NCBI GenBank assembly: GCA_963764625.1
Contig: CAVXTH010000005.1
Span: 64,001-128,000, forward strand
Direction of reading: 5' to 3'
Source of the DNA: Candidatus Krumholzibacteriota bacterium
GTDB taxonomy: Bacteria > Krumholzibacteriota > Krumholzibacteriia > JAJRXK01
Length of the DNA: 64,000 nucleotides
Below the pieces are notes generated by a model. The model was not told the DNA's origin. It saw only the letters and a program-made list of their open reading frames with translations, and made no database searches. This document shows, piece after piece, positions 18,007 through 27,478 of this stretch. Every line of letters starts with the position of its first letter. Position 1 is the stretch's first letter. Position numbers and translations under genes: made by a program.

Positions 18007-20068
18007 TCGTTCCACTCGTCTCTCGCAGCTATTTTGGGCTCTGGCGATCGTCCTCTTGATTGCCTCGAGCCTCTACGCCTTGAGAGTTCCACGAGCCCCC
18101 AATTCCGACCGCTACGACTACGCGGGACGAGCTTACCAGTTCACCCAGGGCCACGATCTCTCCTCCCTGATCGTCTATCCCCTGCGGATGAGCTTTCCCG
18201 ACCACGAGGTGTGGCCGCCCTCGAACCTCACGCGTCCTCCACTGTGGCCGATTCTTCTGATCCCCGAAGTGCGTTTCGGGCTCGGCGCGGGGAGCGGAGT
18301 CGTGATTTCCGCCGTTCTGACCGCGCTTCTTCTGGTTTTCTTCGGCACGAGCCTGAGCAAGGAGGGAAGGCTGGCCGGCAGCTTCGCCGCCCTCGCGTTC
18401 ATGTCCTCCTTCACCACCTGGAGAATCGTGGCCGAGGCGGGGCCGGAGATGGCGATGGCGCTGATCCTCCTCATCCTGTGGAACTTCCGCCCCAAAGGGC
18501 GGGGCATCATGGCGCATCTGGCGTGCGGATGCCTCTACGGTCTACTTCCCCTTCTCCACCCCACCGGCTGGCTGTTGGCCGCGGCAGCCTTCTTCGCGCG
18601 TCCGGGGCGCTACGAGCGGGCCGGTCTCGTGGTGCTTCTCGGCGGCGCGCTCACCGCCGGGCCCTGGTATCTCCACATCTGGCTGAAGACCGGCAATCCC
18701 CTCGGGCTCTTGCAGTCCTACGCCGAACTGTCGCGCAACCTAAATGACCCGGGTGGGCTGGGTGCGTATCGCGGACTGGTGCCGGTGCCCACCTCAGAGG
18801 TCCTGGCCCAGCGGGGCGCGGAGGTGGCGCGGCTGGGTCTGCACCGTTTGAAGCTGCATCTGCTGCTGTGGAACCACTGGCTGAATTGGCCGCTCACCGC
18901 CGTGGCCTTGTGGGGCGCGAAGCAGAGAGTGGGTCTGGCCCTGCGCGACGTCTTCTTGGGCATCACGGTCTTTGCCATTTTGTCGCCGTGGAGCGGCGAA
19001 TTCAGGCCCCTCTTGCCGCTCCTTCCCGTCGCCTGTCTCTGGGTGGGCGAAGGGATGGCCGCGCTGGCGAAGACCTTCGCACCGGCCGTGATCCTGTGTT
19101 TCGCCCTGGCGGCGGTCTTCGGTCCCTGGCTTCTGCCGCCCGGCGCGAGCGCGACTCTCTTCACCGACGCGCGCACCTGGCCGCTGGCGGTGCGCCGCCC
19201 TCCGGACACGATCGTGCAGCAGCTGCAAGGCGCCGGCGATGCGAACGCGCCGTTTTTCTGCGACAGCTCGGTTCTCTCCTGGGAAGCCCGCCGCAGCTGC
19301 GTCTTCTTGCCCGAGAGTCCACGCGTCTTGCGCCAACTGCAACAGCAGGCGCCGCTGCGCCACTCGACGATCCTCGCGCTGGGGCAGGGACGAGCCTCGC
19401 GCTGGCTGACGGGAGACGGCTGGAGCGCCTTTTTGGACAGCTGTACCGTGGTCGCGTCGCAACCCGAGGGAGCGCTGATCCTGGAGATCCCGCCGCCGCG
19501 AGCCGCGATGAGCCGGGCGGAGCCAAGCGATTCGACCCAGGTGAGAAACGTCGAGGCGAATCGAACCAGCGTCGACCAGAGCCACCCATTGCCGGCGGAG
19601 TTCGTTCCGCCTCACCTCACGGAAATCCCGGTTCCCCCCGCCTCCCGCTTTGGACTCCGCTTGCGCCGCAGCGCCCTGAAAGCTCTGCTCCGTCTGACCG
19701 CGGCCGCGCAAGAGGACACGGTGGAGCTACGCGTGGTGAGCGCGTACCGCTCCTACGAGCGCCAGAGAGTGCTGTACGAACGAGCCCAGGCGCACTACGG
19801 GGAAAACCAGCGCTGGGTGGCCGCTCCCGGGACCAGCGAACATCAGCTCGGCACCACGGTCGACTTCGCGGATGCGGCGTTGCGGCACGCGGTCGATCCC
19901 TCCTTCGCGGACACCAGGGAAGGAAACTGGCTGAAGTCCCACGCGGCCGCCTTCGGATTCGAGTTGAGCTATCCTCCCGAGACGGCGGAGAACAAGGGCT
20001 ATCATCCCGAGGCCTGGCATTATCGCTACCTCGGTCCGCCGGGTCCTGCGAAGGCGTCGGCGCCGTGA
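17999..20068 (+). CDS. Polytopic GT-C/ArnT-like membrane protein fused to a C-terminal VanY-type (M15B) D,D-carboxypeptidase
   Basis: Many TM segments with D..DY and RPPLWP loop motifs; C-terminal SAYRSYERQ, PGTSEHQLG..VD and EAWHYRY. Confidence 0.75.
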   Translation: MPDRSTRLSQLFWALAIVLLIASSLYALRVPRAPNSDRYDYAGRAYQFTQGHDLSSLIVYPLRMSFPDHEVWPPSNLTRPPLWPILLIPEVRFGLGAGSGVVISAVLTALLLVFFGTSLSKEGRLAGSFAALAFMSSFTTWRIVAEAGPEMAMALILLILWNFRPKGRGIMAHLACGCLYGLLPLLHPTGWLLAAAAFFARPGRYERAGLVVLLGGALTAGPWYLHIWLKTGNPLGLLQSYAELSRNLNDPGGLGAYRGLVPVPTSEVLAQRGAEVARLGLHRLKLHLLLWNHWLNWPLTAVALWGAKQRVGLALRDVFLGITVFAILSPWSGEFRPLLPLLPVACLWVGEGMAALAKTFAPAVILCFALAAVFGPWLLPPGASATLFTDARTWPLAVRRPPDTIVQQLQGAGDANAPFFCDSSVLSWEARRSCVFLPESPRVLRQLQQQAPLRHSTILALGQGRASRWLTGDGWSAFLDSCTVVASQPEGALILEIPPPRAAMSRAEPSDSTQVRNVEANRTSVDQSHPLPAEFVPPHLTEIPVPPASRFGLRLRRSALKALLRLTAAAQEDTVELRVVSAYRSYERQRVLYERAQAHYGENQRWVAAPGTSEHQLGTTVDFADAALRHAVDPSFADTREGNWLKSHAAAFGFELSYPPETAENKGYHPEAWHYRYLGPPGPAKASAP

Positions 20069-20904
20069 AGCGGGTGATCTTGGTGTTCGCGTCCGGGCTG
20101 AGCCGGCGTTTCCTGACCAGCGAGGCGATGCCCTGGCTCAGCGCGGCCCAGGACCCGCGCCACGTGAGCGAGCTGGCGCCGACCTTTCCCTCCCTGCCCG
20201 AAGTCGTGAGCTACTGCGCTCTGAGCGGTCAGCTTCCCGCGGTGCACGGATGCGTTCTCACCCGCGACCTGACGCGCGCGCCGCACGAGAAGTTCGAGCC
20301 GCAGCTCCGCGTGGTCGCCGAAGGACAGCTCCTGGAGCAGGCCCGCGCCCACGGCCTTTCTTCGGACCAGCGAAGAGAAGCGGCCGCGGCGTTGGATGAG
20401 CAACTGCGCGAACTCTTCGAAGCCAGAGAGGAGAACGACCTGCTTCTGGTCGCGGGACTCTGCGACGCGCAGCCCGTCGACGAGCGCATCGCCTGGGAGT
20501 CCCTTCCGCGCGACGCGGACTGCCGCTTCGCGGCGGAGAGCGCGATTCTGCAGGTGCGCGTTTCCAAGTCCTCGAGCCTCTCCCGTGTGGGCGAAGCTCT
20601 CCTGCGCACCCGCGGCGTCGAACGGGTGCTCCACGGAGATGCCCTCACCGCATTCGGGGTCGATGAGGAAGCGGGCACGCAGCTGCTGGCGCTCGCTCGC
20701 GAGGGATTCAGCTTCGAGGAAGAACGCGCGGCGGTGGGAAATCCCCGGGGTACGGCGGAAGAAGAGAGCGTGCTGGTGGCGCTGGGCTCGAGTGCTCGCA
20801 CGAGCTGGCCGGCCACGCTCCACGCTCTCCGGCTCGCCCCCAGTTTGGCCCGGTACTGGGGACGACCGGAGTCTGGCTACGCCGACCGACCCTTCGCCCT
20901 CTGA
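20065..20904 (+). CDS. Degenerate alkaline-phosphatase/nucleotide pyrophosphatase superfamily protein
   Basis: GTG overlapping the previous stop (GTGA); RVILV..SGL, MPWL, PTFPSLP and SGQLPAVHG resemble the phosphodiesterase N-terminus, but metal ligands are not evident. Confidence 0.55.
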   Translation: MKRVILVFASGLSRRFLTSEAMPWLSAAQDPRHVSELAPTFPSLPEVVSYCALSGQLPAVHGCVLTRDLTRAPHEKFEPQLRVVAEGQLLEQARAHGLSSDQRREAAAALDEQLRELFEAREENDLLLVAGLCDAQPVDERIAWESLPRDADCRFAAESAILQVRVSKSSSLSRVGEALLRTRGVERVLHGDALTAFGVDEEAGTQLLALAREGFSFEEERAAVGNPRGTAEEESVLVALGSSARTSWPATLHALRLAPSLARYWGRPESGYADRPFAL

Positions 20905-21032
20905 GCCGCCCGGGGACGCGTTCTCTGGGGACAGTCATGTGGTTTTTTTTCGCCTGCCAGAACCCTGTCAATCTGGCAGTTTCATTCAAGATCTTGGTAG
21001 TAAAGAACTTGCCGATGATCGCCGTCCGGAGG

Positions 21033-21212
21033 GCGAGGAGGAGCCCTGAGGGCCGTCATGGAGAGTTCGAACTCTTGGTGAGGAAAAGCCCCGAATTCTT
21101 CTAGCCACCGTCTCACGCGTCTACTATGCTCTAATTTGCGGGCTGCCTCCTATTGGCCACTCGGTTCGGCTAACCACGTTTAAAATCCGGGACAGCCTTC
21201 GAGGCGGCTCGC
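21033..21212 (+). ncRNA. ssrS: Probable 6S RNA (SsrS-like rod-shaped RNA)
   Basis: Nested pairings GAGCC/GGCUC, CUGAGGGC/GCCUUCGAG, GUC/GAC, a central bubble (3' strand CGUUUAAAAUCCGG), then UGGU/ACCA, AGCC/GGCU, CCGA/UCGG, GCCA/UGGC; about 175 nt, intergenic, followed by a terminator. Confidence 0.65.
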
Positions 21213-21220
21213 AGTACTTG

Positions 21221-21254
21221 AAAAGGCCCGAGACCAATGGTCCCGGGCCTTTTT
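21221..21254. terminator. Bidirectional rho-independent terminator
   Basis: aaaaggcccg-agacc-aat-ggtc-ccgggcctttt between the ncRNA and the convergent M16 gene. Confidence 0.85.
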
Positions 21255-21275
21255 CCATGTGACGCGAACGCAGAC

Positions 21276-23434
21276 TCAGCTCTGCGGTTTGGCGAAGATC
21301 GCGAGATCGATCTTCGGATTGAGCTCGATGCTCTGTGTATCCACTGTCATGAGGGGTTCGCCCCCATGCGTCACCGACACCTTTTGCGGGAAGAGAATTC
21401 CGCCGTAATCCTTCCAATCGCTGAAAGTGGATTCCTGCAGACCCATCGTTTGCGTGATCATGTGCTTCGCCATGTCCGCCTGCTTGAGGGGCATGTGCGA
21501 AGTGGGGTCGAAGTAGAGTTTGACCCACTTTTTGTCACTCAGCCACACGAGCACCACGTCGGCGTTCGCATCTCCCACTTTCTCGGCGGGTAGAGCTTGA
21601 AGCTGGAAGGAATCGAAGTGTCCCACGATGTAGTGGACGTCTTCGATGATTCCCTCGCGCTGCTTCGCTGCCTGCTCCCCCCCACGTCCTGAATTCCCTG
21701 CGGTCCCTTGGCCCAAGCTCCGTCGGCGGACACGGCCTGCACCATGTCCCCCATGGGCATGTTGATTTCCACCCGTGAGCTGCTCGGGTAGAGAGTCCAG
21801 CTCTTCAGGCCGATTCCGATGGTCATACCCTGCACGCTCAGGCTCGCCTTGTCCTCGCGGTGAATGCTCTTTAGCTTGGAGAGTTTCTCTCCGCCCAAGG
21901 CCTTCTTCGCGGCCGCGAGAATGGAGCGACCCTTCTCGATCGTCTCCGCGGTTGGCTCGGGGAACTCGGGACCTTTCGGCTCGGGGATACTGATATCCAG
22001 ATTCTCGACCGGGCCGAATTCGGTCAGATCTCCATCCCACTCCGAGGTCTTCCCCACCGCGACGATGGCGAAATCCTCCGGATGGATGCGGCGCTGGGCC
22101 ACGTCCTCCACGTTTTTCGCGGTGACGGCGCGGACCTTGTCCGGGTACTGCTCCAGGAAGTCGCTGGGGTAGCCCAGGAACTCGTAGGTCTGCAGACGCC
22201 TCAGGGTCTGGCTCTTCTGAACGAAATTGAAGACATAGGAATTGAGCATGGCCTCCTTGGCCTTACTCAGCTCGTCCGGGCTCACTTCAGAATCACGGAT
22301 CTTGTCGATCTGCTGCAGAACCGCCCCCAGGGCCTTGTCCACCGTGGAGTTCTTGGTCCCGCAGTACGCCATGAAGGCGCCCTCGTGGGCCATTCCCACG
22401 CCCGGCGCGCTCCCCACGGAATAGGCCAGCCCCAGGTTACTCCTCACCTCGTTGAACAACCGGGACGAGAAGCCTCCCCCCAGGATTCGATTCATGACGA
22501 TCATCGAGTAGTAATCGGGATCGTCCATCTTCATGCCGATCTGGCCCGCCGCGAAGTAGCTCTGGGTCACGTCGTCCTTGTTGGCGACCAGCACCTGGCG
22601 CGCCTGCGCCTTGGGCACCTTGGGCAGAGGAGGCACCGGATTGTCGACTCTCGGCCAATTCTCGAATTTACCCTTGAGCTCGTCGAGCATCTGGGCCGAG
22701 TCGAAGTCCCCCCACACCGCGAGCATCATGTTCTCGGGGTGATAGAAGTACTGGTAAAAATCCACGAGGTCGTCGCGAGTGATCGCGTCGATGGTCGCGT
22801 ACTCGGTGTTGCGCGCGTAGGGGTGCTCGGGTCCCCAAATGGCCTTGGGGATTTCCCGGCGCAGAATCGACATGAGTTCGTCGTTGCGCCGCGCGATGGA
22901 GGCCCGCTGCGAGGTCTTGGCCAGGTCAATCTTGTCGTCTTCGAATGCGGGATGCTGCAGAACGTCGCTCACCAGCTCCAGCCCGCGCTTGGCATCCTTA
23001 CGCAGGAAGGAGAAGCTCACGGTGCCCTCCGTGTCGTCGACTTCGCTCTCGATCGAGGCGCCCATGCTCTCGAGCAACTCATCGAGATCGTCTCCGCTCA
23101 TGGTCTCGGTTCCGCCGGTCCGTAGGACTTCGCCCTCGATCTCGGCCAAGCCGACTTTCGCGGCGGGTTCGTAGACCGAACCGGTCCGGATCAGGACACG
23201 GCCTTCGACCAGCGGCCACTGGTGGTCTTCCATGAGATAGATGACCATGCCGTTGGCCAGTTCGTGCCGCTGGTAGTTGGGCACCTCCACCTTTCCCAGT
23301 TCGGGAAAGTGGAAGTTCTCCCACGGCTTCTTCGCCGCCTGGGCGTCGGCGACGCAGAGCGCAAGCAGAAGGGGAAAGAGGGCGGCCACGGCAAGCGCGG
23401 CCGATAGGCTCCGGCTTACTCTAGCTCGCATCAT
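21276..23434 (-). CDS. M16B peptidase non-catalytic subunit with a C-terminal extension (one frameshift)
   Basis: LANGM, GGGFSSRLF.EVR..LGLAY, no HxxEH; reading switches frame at the 7-G run (plus-strand C run 21677-21683) into ORF 21276..22040. Confidence 0.82.
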
Positions 23435-24935
23435 CGGCTCCCTTCTCCTCGGTCACGATGGTTCCGACGGTCAGATTCTTCTCGATCAAGTAGGTCTTGC
23501 ACAGCCGAGAGAGGTCGTCGAGCGTCACCGTGTCGACTTCGCTGGGATAACTGAGGGCTCGCTCCCAGTCTCCCAGGATGACCTGCGCACTGCACAGAGT
23601 CCGCGCCATGCCGGTGTTGGACCGCACCTGGCGGATCCAATTGGCTTTCAGCCGCGTCTTGGCCCCCTCGAGTTCCTCGGCGGTGATTTCACCAGACTTC
23701 ACTTTCTCGATTTCCTTCAGAATGCTGCTCTCGCACTGTGCCGCGGTGTACCCCTTGGCCGGCACCGCGAAGGTCAAGAAGAGCCCGGGGTAGAGTTGAC
23801 CCGGGAACCCGGTGAAGGCGCCAACGCTCACCGCGGACTTCTCGTCCTTCACCAGCTCCTTGTACAGGCGGCTGCTGCGGCCGTTGGCCAACACTTCGGT
23901 CAGCACGTCGAAGGCCGCGTCATCGGGGCTCGAGGCGGCCGGCTTGTGGTAACCCATGATCAACAGCGGCTGGCCTGGATCCTCCAGGGTCACGGTGCGT
24001 TCGGCGATCTGCGGCGGCTCGACGGTGCGAACCGGCTCGGGAATCTTTTCCGCCTTCCACGGTCCGAAATACTTCTCCGCGAGCGACTTCACTTCCTTGG
24101 GATCGACGTCGCCTGCGAGACAGATGACGATATTGCCCGGCACGTAGTACTTCGCATGGAACTTGAGCGCGTCGTTGCGCGTGAAGGCCTCGAGATCGCT
24201 CATGTGCCCCACGGTGGGCTGGCCGTAGGGATGGGCTTTGTACGCAGTGGTGATGAATTCCTCGAGGAGACGGCCGAAGGAACTCGACTCGGTACGCATG
24301 CGCCGTTCTTCCTCCACCACGTCGCGCTCCTTGTAGAATTCGCGCAGAATCGGGTGGATGTAACGCTGCGATTCCAGGTAGGCCCACAACTCCAGCTTGT
24401 TGCTGGGAAGATTGTAGAAGTAGGTGGTCACGTCCGACTGGGTGCTGGCGTTCAGACCGGTGCCCCCAGCCTGCTCCACGATGCTTCCGAACTCGTTCTT
24501 CACCACGTACTGGTCGGCGGCATCCTCGGCCGCCTTCATCGCATCTTTGGCCTTTGCCACCTCTTCGTCGGAGGCCCCGCTCAGCTTGGTTTGCCACCAA
24601 GCCGCTTGGGCCTCGTCCACGGCGTCGAGCGCCTTCTTCTCTTTGGAGTAGTTGGTGGTGCCGATGATGTCGGTACCTTTGAACGCCATGTGCTCGAACA
24701 TGTGGGCCAGGCCGGTGATGCCGGGAACTTCGTTCACCGACCCCACTTTGCACATGGACACGTAACTGAACACGGGCGATTCGTGGCGTTGAACCACGAT
24801 GAATCGCAGGCCGTTATCCAGTGTGAAGGTGGAAATGTTCTTCTCGAGCTCGGCGGTGTCTTGGGCCAGGGCCGAGACAGCACCTTGCGCCAAAACCGTC
24901 AGCAAGAGAAGACAAGTCAGGAGTGCGCGTCGCAT
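23421..24935 (-). CDS. M16B zinc peptidase catalytic subunit (secreted)
   Basis: Signal peptide; GLAHMFEHMAFKGT (HxxEH), NASTQSD.T.Y, ERDVVEEERRMR. Confidence 0.92.
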   Translation of the reverse strand: MRRALLTCLLLLTVLAQGAVSALAQDTAELEKNISTFTLDNGLRFIVVQRHESPVFSYVSMCKVGSVNEVPGITGLAHMFEHMAFKGTDIIGTTNYSKEKKALDAVDEAQAAWWQTKLSGASDEEVAKAKDAMKAAEDAADQYVVKNEFGSIVEQAGGTGLNASTQSDVTTYFYNLPSNKLELWAYLESQRYIHPILREFYKERDVVEEERRMRTESSSFGRLLEEFITTAYKAHPYGQPTVGHMSDLEAFTRNDALKFHAKYYVPGNIVICLAGDVDPKEVKSLAEKYFGPWKAEKIPEPVRTVEPPQIAERTVTLEDPGQPLLIMGYHKPAASSPDDAAFDVLTEVLANGRSSRLYKELVKDEKSAVSVGAFTGFPGQLYPGLFLTFAVPAKGYTAAQCESSILKEIEKVKSGEITAEELEGAKTRLKANWIRQVRSNTGMARTLCSAQVILGDWERALSYPSEVDTVTLDDLSRLCKTYLIEKNLTVGTIVTEEKGADDAS

Positions 24936-25065
24936 CTGCCCTCCTCAGGGTTAAGAAGCCGGTGGGGACGAAAAAAGCGGAGACATGACCACAAGACAGG
25001 TCTCTGGTCGCGCCTACAGGCGAAGCAGGGTAACAACGATTCCGCTCGGGGGTCAAAGTCAACTT

Positions 25066-25668
25066 TCATGTTCGTTTGCCCGAGACGCAGGGAGAATCGG
25101 GGTCGTAGAAGCGCAAGCGCAACTCTTGGCCTTCACGCACCCCAATTCGGCGAGAGGTGGCCACGCGCCGCGGTGGCTCGTAGGGCCAGATCCCCAGCTC
25201 ATCTCGGGTGAGATCCAAACCGTTGTGGCGCAGGTCGAGGCCGAGGGCCTGGCACAGCTTGGCCGGGCCGTTCGCGATTTCCGCGCCCCGGCGCCCTCGG
25301 CGCGCGCCCATCAGCCCGGCTCCGAGCAAGACCTCGCCGGCACGCAGCAGAACCGCTCCCGCGACGCCCTTTCGTTCCGCGACCACGTTCGAGCAGTAGT
25401 GCATGCCGTAGGTGAAATACACGTAGAGGTGGCCGGGAGTTTCAAACATTTCGCGATTTCGCGCCGTCATCCCGCGATGAGCGTGGCTGGCCGGGTCGCG
25501 CCCATCACCCAGATAGGCCTCCACCTCGACCAACCGAAGCGCCAGGGTGAGACCGCCAACGCGCAGGACCAGCGCACATCCCAAGAGATCCGGGGCGAGA
25601 ATCTCGGCACCGCGGGCGAAGAACCGTCGTCCCAAGCGCCGGTAGGCGGGAAATTCTCCGCGCCCCAT
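25066..25668 (-). CDS. mpg: 3-methyladenine DNA glycosylase (AAG/MPG family)
   Basis: VEVEAY, DPASHA, YVYFTYGMHYC, GAVLLRA, NGPAKLCQALG, RIGV. Confidence 0.93.
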   Translation of the reverse strand: MGRGEFPAYRRLGRRFFARGAEILAPDLLGCALVLRVGGLTLALRLVEVEAYLGDGRDPASHAHRGMTARNREMFETPGHLYVYFTYGMHYCSNVVAERKGVAGAVLLRAGEVLLGAGLMGARRGRRGAEIANGPAKLCQALGLDLRHNGLDLTRDELGIWPYEPPRRVATSRRIGVREGQELRLRFYDPDSPCVSGKRT

Positions 25669-26513
25669 CAGTTGATCACGTACTCCTTGCGCCCGAACAC
25701 CATCCCTCCGAGGAACGTGAACAGGGTCACGACCCCCAACAGGATGAGCAGCGAACCCCAAAGCGGCAGGCTGTATTCCACCGCGAGCAGATTCTTGACG
25801 AAGTCGGCCAGCGACGCCTGGACGTCCTGACGGCTGACGATGAGATTGCGCAGGTGCCATTCGAGGGTCCACATCTGCAGCCGGGTCGGAGCCACGCTCA
25901 CTGTGCTCTCCCAGGCGAAAATGTAGAGGATTCCCCAGATCAAGGGCTTCTTGAAGACGGTGCCCATGAAGGCAAAGATGGCCGTGTAGCAGAACACCGC
26001 CAAGAGAATCACCAGGAAGTAGTTGGTGTACACTTCGATGAACTCGAGGTTGATGGCCTGGGTGTTGCCCAGCACCATCAAGAGGAAACACACCGCAAGA
26101 GAAGCGACCAGCACCAGGGCCGAGACGCTCTGTACCGCCAACAAGCGGCCGGCATAGACCGCGCCTCGCGCGAGCGGACGGGTGAAGAGATAGGTGATGG
26201 TTCTCCCTTCCACCTCGTCGTGGATCGTGGGCACACCGAAGAAGAGGCTCACCAGGTAGACGAGCGCCTTGAGATAGACCAGTCCGCCGATGTTCGCGAA
26301 GAACTGCGTCGGCGAGATTTCCTTGGCGCCGTAAATACGCCAGATGATGGTGAGGACGAGAGGAAACACCACGGCCATTCCCAGGAACACGAGGCGCTTC
26401 CTGCGCACGAGCTCCTTGACGGCGGCGTTGTACACCAGACCAATCGTGCGCGACGGATCGAGAGTGGTCGGCGGGCTTTCGCCGTAAGTTGCTTCGAGCT
26501 CTCTTCCGTTCAC
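25668..26513 (-). CDS. ABC-2 type transporter permease
   Basis: About 6 TM segments; DEVEGRTITYLFTRPL motif. Confidence 0.85.
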   Translation of the reverse strand: MNGRELEATYGESPPTTLDPSRTIGLVYNAAVKELVRRKRLVFLGMAVVFPLVLTIIWRIYGAKEISPTQFFANIGGLVYLKALVYLVSLFFGVPTIHDEVEGRTITYLFTRPLARGAVYAGRLLAVQSVSALVLVASLAVCFLLMVLGNTQAINLEFIEVYTNYFLVILLAVFCYTAIFAFMGTVFKKPLIWGILYIFAWESTVSVAPTRLQMWTLEWHLRNLIVSRQDVQASLADFVKNLLAVEYSLPLWGSLLILLGVVTLFTFLGGMVFGRKEYVIN

Positions 26514-27478
26514 TTGCCGTCCTCCACCAGATACTCGAACAGGCTCTTGAGGTTGTCGTCGAGAGTGGTCCACGAGTGAATTCCCATCTCGCGCCGCAAC
26601 GCCACTTCGGGCAACCACCGGTAGAGTTCCCGGGGCAGATCGGATTCGAGAAGCAGCGTGGTCTCCGACATCACCCTCAGTCCCTGGACGTCTTTGAGAG
26701 CGATGGATTCACGCGCCAGATCGCGCGGCGCTTCGCAGTTCACTTCGATCCGGTGCGGATGCCGCTCGATCGCGTCGCGAATCTCGCCGATGTCCCCGTC
26801 CGCCAGGATTTGACCGCGATGAATGAGCAGAATTCGCGAGGTCATCGCCTCGACTTCGTGCAGAATGTGACTGCTCACCATGACCGTCTTTCCCTCGGCT
26901 CCGAGCTGCTCGATCAGGCCCATCGATTCTCGCCGGCTGACGGGATCCATGCCGTTGAACGGTTCGTCGAGGAAGAGGATCTGGGGATCGTGCGCGAGGG
27001 CTTGCGCGAGCTTGATTTTCTGGCGCATGCCCTTCGAATAGCCCTTCACCCGCCGGTCGGCCGCCTCGGTGAGGTGAGTGCGCTCTAGCGCCAGCGCCGC
27101 GCGCTCCCCGGCCTCCTGCTTGCTGAACCCCTGCAGACGGGTGAGATAGACCAGCATTTCCCGCCCGGTCATCGACTCGTAGAGGGCATCGGGCTCGGCC
27201 ACGAAGCCGATGATGCGGTAGAAGCCCCGGTGGTGCGCGAGGTCGTGGCCGTACACGCGAACCACCCCGGCGCTGGGCTTCAACTGACCCGCCAGCAGTT
27301 TGAAGAGGGTGCTCTTGCCCGCCCCGTTGAGCCCCAGCAAACCGGTGACCCCGGGTGTCACGTCCACCGTGAGATCGTTGACCCCGATGACCTGACCGTA
27401 CCAGCGCGACAGGTTCTGGGTCTGCAGCACGACGGGGGTGGTCGAGGGTGGGGACGAAGGCGGAGTGGTCTGGATCAA
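26510..27478 (-). CDS. ABC transporter ATP-binding protein
   Basis: GLNGAGKST, YSKGMRQK, LFLDEP, VSSHIL; exact start uncertain. Confidence 0.9.
   Translation of the reverse strand: MIQTTPPSSPPSTTPVVLQTQNLSRWYGQVIGVNDLTVDVTPGVTGLLGLNGAGKSTLFKLLAGQLKPSAGVVRVYGHDLAHHRGFYRIIGFVAEPDALYESMTGREMLVYLTRLQGFSKQEAGERAALALERTHLTEAADRRVKGYSKGMRQKIKLAQALAHDPQILFLDEPFNGMDPVSRRESMGLIEQLGAEGKTVMVSSHILHEVEAMTSRILLIHRGQILADGDIGEIRDAIERHPHRIEVNCEAPRDLARESIALKDVQGLRVMSETTLLLESDLPRELYRWLPEVALRREMGIHSWTTLDDNLKSLFEYLVEDGK

Noticed and set aside
18868-20064. Upstream part of the 678-aa ORF 18868..20904
   Set aside because: Overlaps the GT-VanY gene in another frame with Arg/Ala/Gly-rich nonsense; the plausible start is GTG 20065
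19650-20068. VanY domain as a vancomycin-resistance cluster
   Set aside because: No vanHAX or vanRS nearby; M15B peptidases are common housekeeping enzymes
23277-25211. Long antisense ORFs (e.g. 23277..25211, 36034..37647, 41306..43444, 52619..54091)
   Set aside because: They mirror well-supported genes on the opposite strand, a codon-bias artefact
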